The translations under genes and the position numbers were made by a program. The notes below the pieces were generated by a model. That model had not been told where the DNA came from and searched no databases. It saw only the letters and a program-made list of their open reading frames with translations. Source: an uncultured virus (IMG/VR IMGVR_UViG_3300021256_000068) (taxonomy: Duplodnaviria; Heunggongvirae; Uroviricota; Caudoviricetes). Taken from it: a stretch of DNA of 64,000 nucleotides. Location of the stretch: IMG/VR virus record IMGVR_UViG_3300021256_000068, one strand, 5' to 3'. Shown here one piece after another: positions 60,396 to 64,000 of the stretch; the stretch's first letter is position 1, and each line of letters starts with the position of its first letter.

Positions 60396-61482
60396 ATCTT
60401 TGTGACCCAAAAGATATATACGTGTTTTTAGTAATAGTAATATCAAAACTAAAATTATGAGAAGCTATATTTTCGATATACTCCCCATTAACCTCTATAT
60501 AAGGCACTAAACCAGAAGGAGAATCATTCATTTCACCTTCAAAATGAAGAATATCTCCGCTATGTAATCCTTCTATTGTATATCCCACAGAATATCCATA
60601 CACAAGATCATTTATTCGAGTTTTAAATTCATCTCAATATCCTTCTTCTGAATCCATTATATCTTGTGGAGCTATATCTAATAAATAAGCGAATGGACCT
60701 TTTGGCTTAAGCCCTACGGCTTCACCATTAATAGTAATATTAACATATTTGTATTCATGATCTTCTGGAACAGCATCAGTATATAATATAAGTTCATCAA
60801 AAGACATTTCGCCATTTACTTTTTTCCAACCTTCATTAATAGTAGTAACTATTTCATAATGGTCAATTTCTCCAATCAAGAATATAGAAATATCTTCTAA
60901 AGATAATCCATTACTACTTAAACTATCAACAAATTGTTGTGTAATTCTAAATTGTAGCGGATTAGGAATAGGATCATCATCCCAAGTACCACCAAATTTT
61001 AATGTATCATAAGCTATATCATCATTATATCAATGTACTGCACAAGGATTATAATTTAGTTCAGCAAGAGGGTCATCAAAATCAAATGTAATTTCCATAC
61101 TTCCATCTTCATCTGAATATCTTTTTCTAAAAGTTCTTAATACTGGTACAGTATCAACAAAATTATCTAAAGTAAAATCGAAATCTGCATTATAAGTTCC
61201 TTGATATGATTCTGTAGGAATGTCTTCTTGTTTAACAGATACAATATCATTAACTTCAATTTCTTTATATACTGGAACTTGATTACTTGTTTCTTCATGA
61301 AACCAGCTATATATATCACCATTAGGTAATTTATATAATTTATTAACGTTTCCTGTAGTTGGTAATGTATTTACTAATTCAATTCCACTACCACTAACAT
61401 TATCTGGTCATTCTGGCACTTCATTTGGATTTGCGCCATTTACAACGAATTCATCTAACCAGTCATTTAATTTCTTTCCCAT
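60394..61482 (-). CDS. LNxWLDEF-module protein 4, putative virion surface protein (362 aa, 3 TGA)
   Basis: MGKKLNDWLDEFVVNGANPNEVPE(W)PD; VNTLPTTG fibre-like motif; frame checked free of TAA/TAG. Confidence 0.8.
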
Positions 61483-61496
61483 TATTATCTACCTCA

Positions 61497-61892
61497 TTAG
61501 TTTAATTTATTTTTTGCATTATTAATTTGAACTTCAGCTTGTTGCTTAATCCAAGCTTCTAAATCACCATAATTTGCTACAATATAATCTTTTGCTTGTT
61601 GTGTTAAAGTACCTTTTACATAATCAACGGTCTTCTTCATTGCAGCCGCTTGTGCTTCTTTATCCCATACAGTTGTGCCTTTAATTGCTTCAACGTATGT
61701 TTGATAAGTATATTTTACACCATCAAATACAATATCTTTTGCACCAGAAAGAATTTTTTGAATTTTCTCATCTTTAATACCTGCAATCTTTGCATTTACC
61801 CATCTAACTATGAAACCACCTACAACAGTAAGCACTGTGGTAATTACCCAAAATGCAATTTGATTTGCTAAATTTTCAAACATAATATTCAT
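61497..61892 (-). CDS. Putative holin (LL-H-like)
   Basis: N-terminal TM helix followed by VKYTYQTYVEAIK...WDKEAQ. Confidence 0.6.
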   Translation of the reverse strand: MNIMFENLANQIAFWVITTVLTVVGGFIVRWVNAKIAGIKDEKIQKILSGAKDIVFDGVKYTYQTYVEAIKGTTVWDKEAQAAAMKKTVDYVKGTLTQQAKDYIVANYGDLEAWIKQQAEVQINNAKNKLN

Positions 61893-61903
61893 CCCCTATC
61901 CAA

Positions 61904-62341
61904 TTATTTAATTAAAGCTAAAACTACAGCGGTAACGGCAGTTAATACTGCTGTAATAGTTGCGGCAAAAAATGCTCATTTACCCTTAATAGTCTCTTTT
62001 CTCTCTTCAGAAGTTGTTTGTTGTTGTTCTTGTATCGCTTTCATCTGACCTTCTAGTTTACTAATTTTATCTTCTAGTTCGTCTGTTTTCTTAAAAAGTT
62101 CTTTTGTTCTATTCTTATTATCTACATAGTGAATAGTGTCTTTCTCTTCAATCTCTTTAATTGTTTCACCTTGAGTTGTTTGTAAATTTAATAACTTCCC
62201 TTGATTAATAACTACATCATCTAATTTTTTAGATATATTGTCTAAAGATTTCGAAGTTAAAGCCAAACTAGATTCTGTCTTTCCTATACTTTCCGTAAGA
62301 GAGAATAGACGCGCGAGTACTGTTTGTTCGTCCATTATCAT
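61904..62341 (-). CDS. Coiled-coil protein with C-terminal TM helix (XhlA-like lysis-cassette protein; 145 aa, TGA at 61976)
   Basis: GGTGGTGA SD; readthrough adds (W)AFFAATITAVLTAVTAVVLALIK. Confidence 0.7.
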
Positions 62342-62459
62342 ATAATCACCACCGCAATAAATGCCTCTCTTATTCTACTTTTATTATAGTTCGTTTCTAC
62401 GAAATTAGCAATTTTCGGAAAACAAGATTATACTATTTATGTGTAAGGAGATGATAATT

Positions 62460-62633
62460 ATGGAAATTACCATTAACGGAATAGAAAAAAATATTAGCGA
62501 CTTTTCAACTGATGTATTATCAGTAGAAGAAAAGAGAATTGAAAGAAAAATGTTTAATATGGAATTTGTTTCTGATGAAGAACAAGCCGCTTTTATTGCT
62601 ATTAAAGAAGAATTAGAAAGAAGAAGTGAGTAA
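62460..62633 (+). CDS. Hypothetical protein
   Basis: AAGGAG SD. Confidence 0.6.
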   Translation: MEITINGIEKNISDFSTDVLSVEEKRIERKMFNMEFVSDEEQAAFIAIKEELERRSE

Positions 62634-62635
62634 TT

Positions 62636-63364
62636 ATGGCAAAGTTATCTGCGGAAAAAATTAATGAAGAATTACGCAAAAAAGACTTTGAATTAGTTGA
62701 TTGTAGTGGATATGAAAATTTAACAAGTTTTATCACAGTCAAATGTCCTAAAGGTCATATTACTCAAACTAATTTAAAAAGTTTTAGACACGAAAGTTAT
62801 CAATGTCCAGAGTGCGATAAAAGTATAGATTTTAGCAATCCTACTGAAGTTCCTGATAAAGGAGGCAAATTTCGTGTAATTGCTTTCGACCAAGCAACTG
62901 AACACTTTGGATTGAGTATTTTTGATGATGGAAAATTAATATACTATAAATTATTTGTATTTACTGGCTCTGCTATCAATAGAATGGTAAAGATTAGAAA
63001 AATGATAGATGAACTTGTAATTAAACAATGAAAACCAAATTATATTGTTTTTGAAGATATACAATATCAAAATGGATATATTACTTTCAAAACTCTTGCT
63101 ATGTTATTAGGTGTAGTTCACGAAGTATGTCAAGCTAATGACATTCCTTTTGAATGTGTTAGTCCTAACGTATGACGTAAATATGCGGGAACGTGCGGCA
63201 AAACTAGACAGGAAGAGAAAATGTTGTCGATAGCAGTAGTAAAAGAAAAGTATAATGTATCTGTAACTGATGACGTTGCGGAAGCAATATTGATTGGTAG
63301 ATACGGTGCAGCGCACCATTACGCTGAAGCACCAATATTATTTGGAAAGAAAAAAACCTCTTAA
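62636..63364 (+). CDS. ruvC: RuvC-like Holliday junction resolvase with N-terminal Zn finger (242 aa, 2 TGA)
   Basis: CPKGH..CPEC; IAFDQAT, IVFEDIQ, SPNV(W)RK, DDVAEAILIG. Confidence 0.8.
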
Positions 63365-63381
63365 TTGAGGTTTTATTTTTT
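63353..63381. terminator. Bidirectional terminator
   Basis: AAAACCTC/GAGGTTTT between convergent genes. Confidence 0.65.
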
Positions 63382-64000
63382 ATTTTTGGATTAACTTGTT
63401 TACTAATTCACTTAATTGATTTATTTGTTCTTGTTGCTTATCAATTATTTCTTGTTGTTCTTGAATAGCCTTCCAAGCAATATACACAAGCTTTGACTCT
63501 TTTACTGTCATATAATTGCCATTTTCGCCGCTTGCCTGTGGATTACATACAAGACCGAAATCACCAGCTGAAACATTTAATGCTTCTTGAGCAATAATAC
63601 CTATTGAATCTGAACCATCTGACTTATATTTGAAATTATAAATTGGAAGAGCTTTGATAAGACCTAATGCAGAGAAAGTAGAGCGAGTAATATTTGTTTT
63701 TGCTCGTTTATCTGATGTCGCATTGAAATATAATGCTTGAACATAGTTATCTACATCAATATATCCATTAGCATTACTGCTGTTTTTTCTAACTCTGATA
63801 TAGTCATGTACATATAATGGACAGTCTGTCAAAATTTTAGTTTGTTCTATACTAGAGCTAGATGAATAGCTACCACTAGTATCGACAAAACAAGCAACTG
63901 AAAAACCTTTATAAACATCTACGTTGTTAGTTTTTCCTTTCAAACCAAACCAAATTGGATTATCATATGCATTAGTATTATTGTAAAGTCTAGATGGACT
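63380..64000 (-). CDS. Tail fibre/spike C-terminus with intramolecular chaperone (peptidase S74-like) domain; 5'-truncated by window
   Basis: TSDKRAKTNI, IGIIAQE, AIQEQQ coiled coil; frame open to the window edge. Confidence 0.85.
   Translation of the reverse strand, partial: SPSRLYNNTNAYDNPIWFGLKGKTNNVDVYKGFSVACFVDTSGSYSSSSSIEQTKILTDCPLYVHDYIRVRKNSSNANGYIDVDNYVQALYFNATSDKRAKTNITRSTFSALGLIKALPIYNFKYKSDGSDSIGIIAQEALNVSAGDFGLVCNPQASGENGNYMTVKESKLVYIAWKAIQEQQEIIDKQQEQINQLSELVNKLIQK

Noticed and set aside
15566..63364. Many fragmented ORFs read as pseudogenes
   Set aside because: Almost every break is an in-frame TGA at a Trp-compatible position, with no frameshifts or TAA/TAG, so recoding explains them (the remnants at 20611 and 22925 are separate cases)

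Overview
AT-rich (roughly 30% GC by eye) segment of a large tailed-phage genome, most likely infecting an anaerobic gut/rumen Bacillota or Mollicute-like host. The host guess rests on sigma-A-type TTGACA-N17-TATAAT promoters, class III RNR, pyruvate formate-lyase, an HPr-like protein and a long tmRNA tag. The phage reads TGA as Trp: many broken ORFs in the standard-code track fuse into full-length genes, and a UCA-anticodon tRNA is encoded at 25775-25870. TGA use is uneven: it is absent from the core replication genes and present in structural, lysis, nuclease and some metabolic genes. Layout: (1) 0.3-8.8 kb is an RNA-gene island with six tRNAs, tmRNA, an unrecognised ~1.65-kb densely structured non-coding region, a ~640-nt ROOL-like RNA and smaller structured elements. 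(2) 8.8-19 kb holds small hypothetical genes, an HPr-like gene, a small RNA followed by a 584-aa GIY-YIG protein, and dUTPase. (3) 19-25 kb holds paralogs with a shared N-terminal module, interleaved with glycosyltransferase-like genes, and phoH. (4) 25-60 kb covers nucleotide metabolism and replication: rnhA, UvrD-like helicase, ligase, nrdDG, split PFL, thyX, type II topoisomerase, SSB-like protein, helicase, primase, RecJ, DnaE and exonucleases. (5) 60-64 kb holds minus-strand structural and lysis genes, a plus-strand RuvC-like resolvase and the end of a tail fibre gene. The pentamer GCGGC/GCCGC is strongly over-represented throughout. All calls are from manual reading; no searches or folding programs were run.
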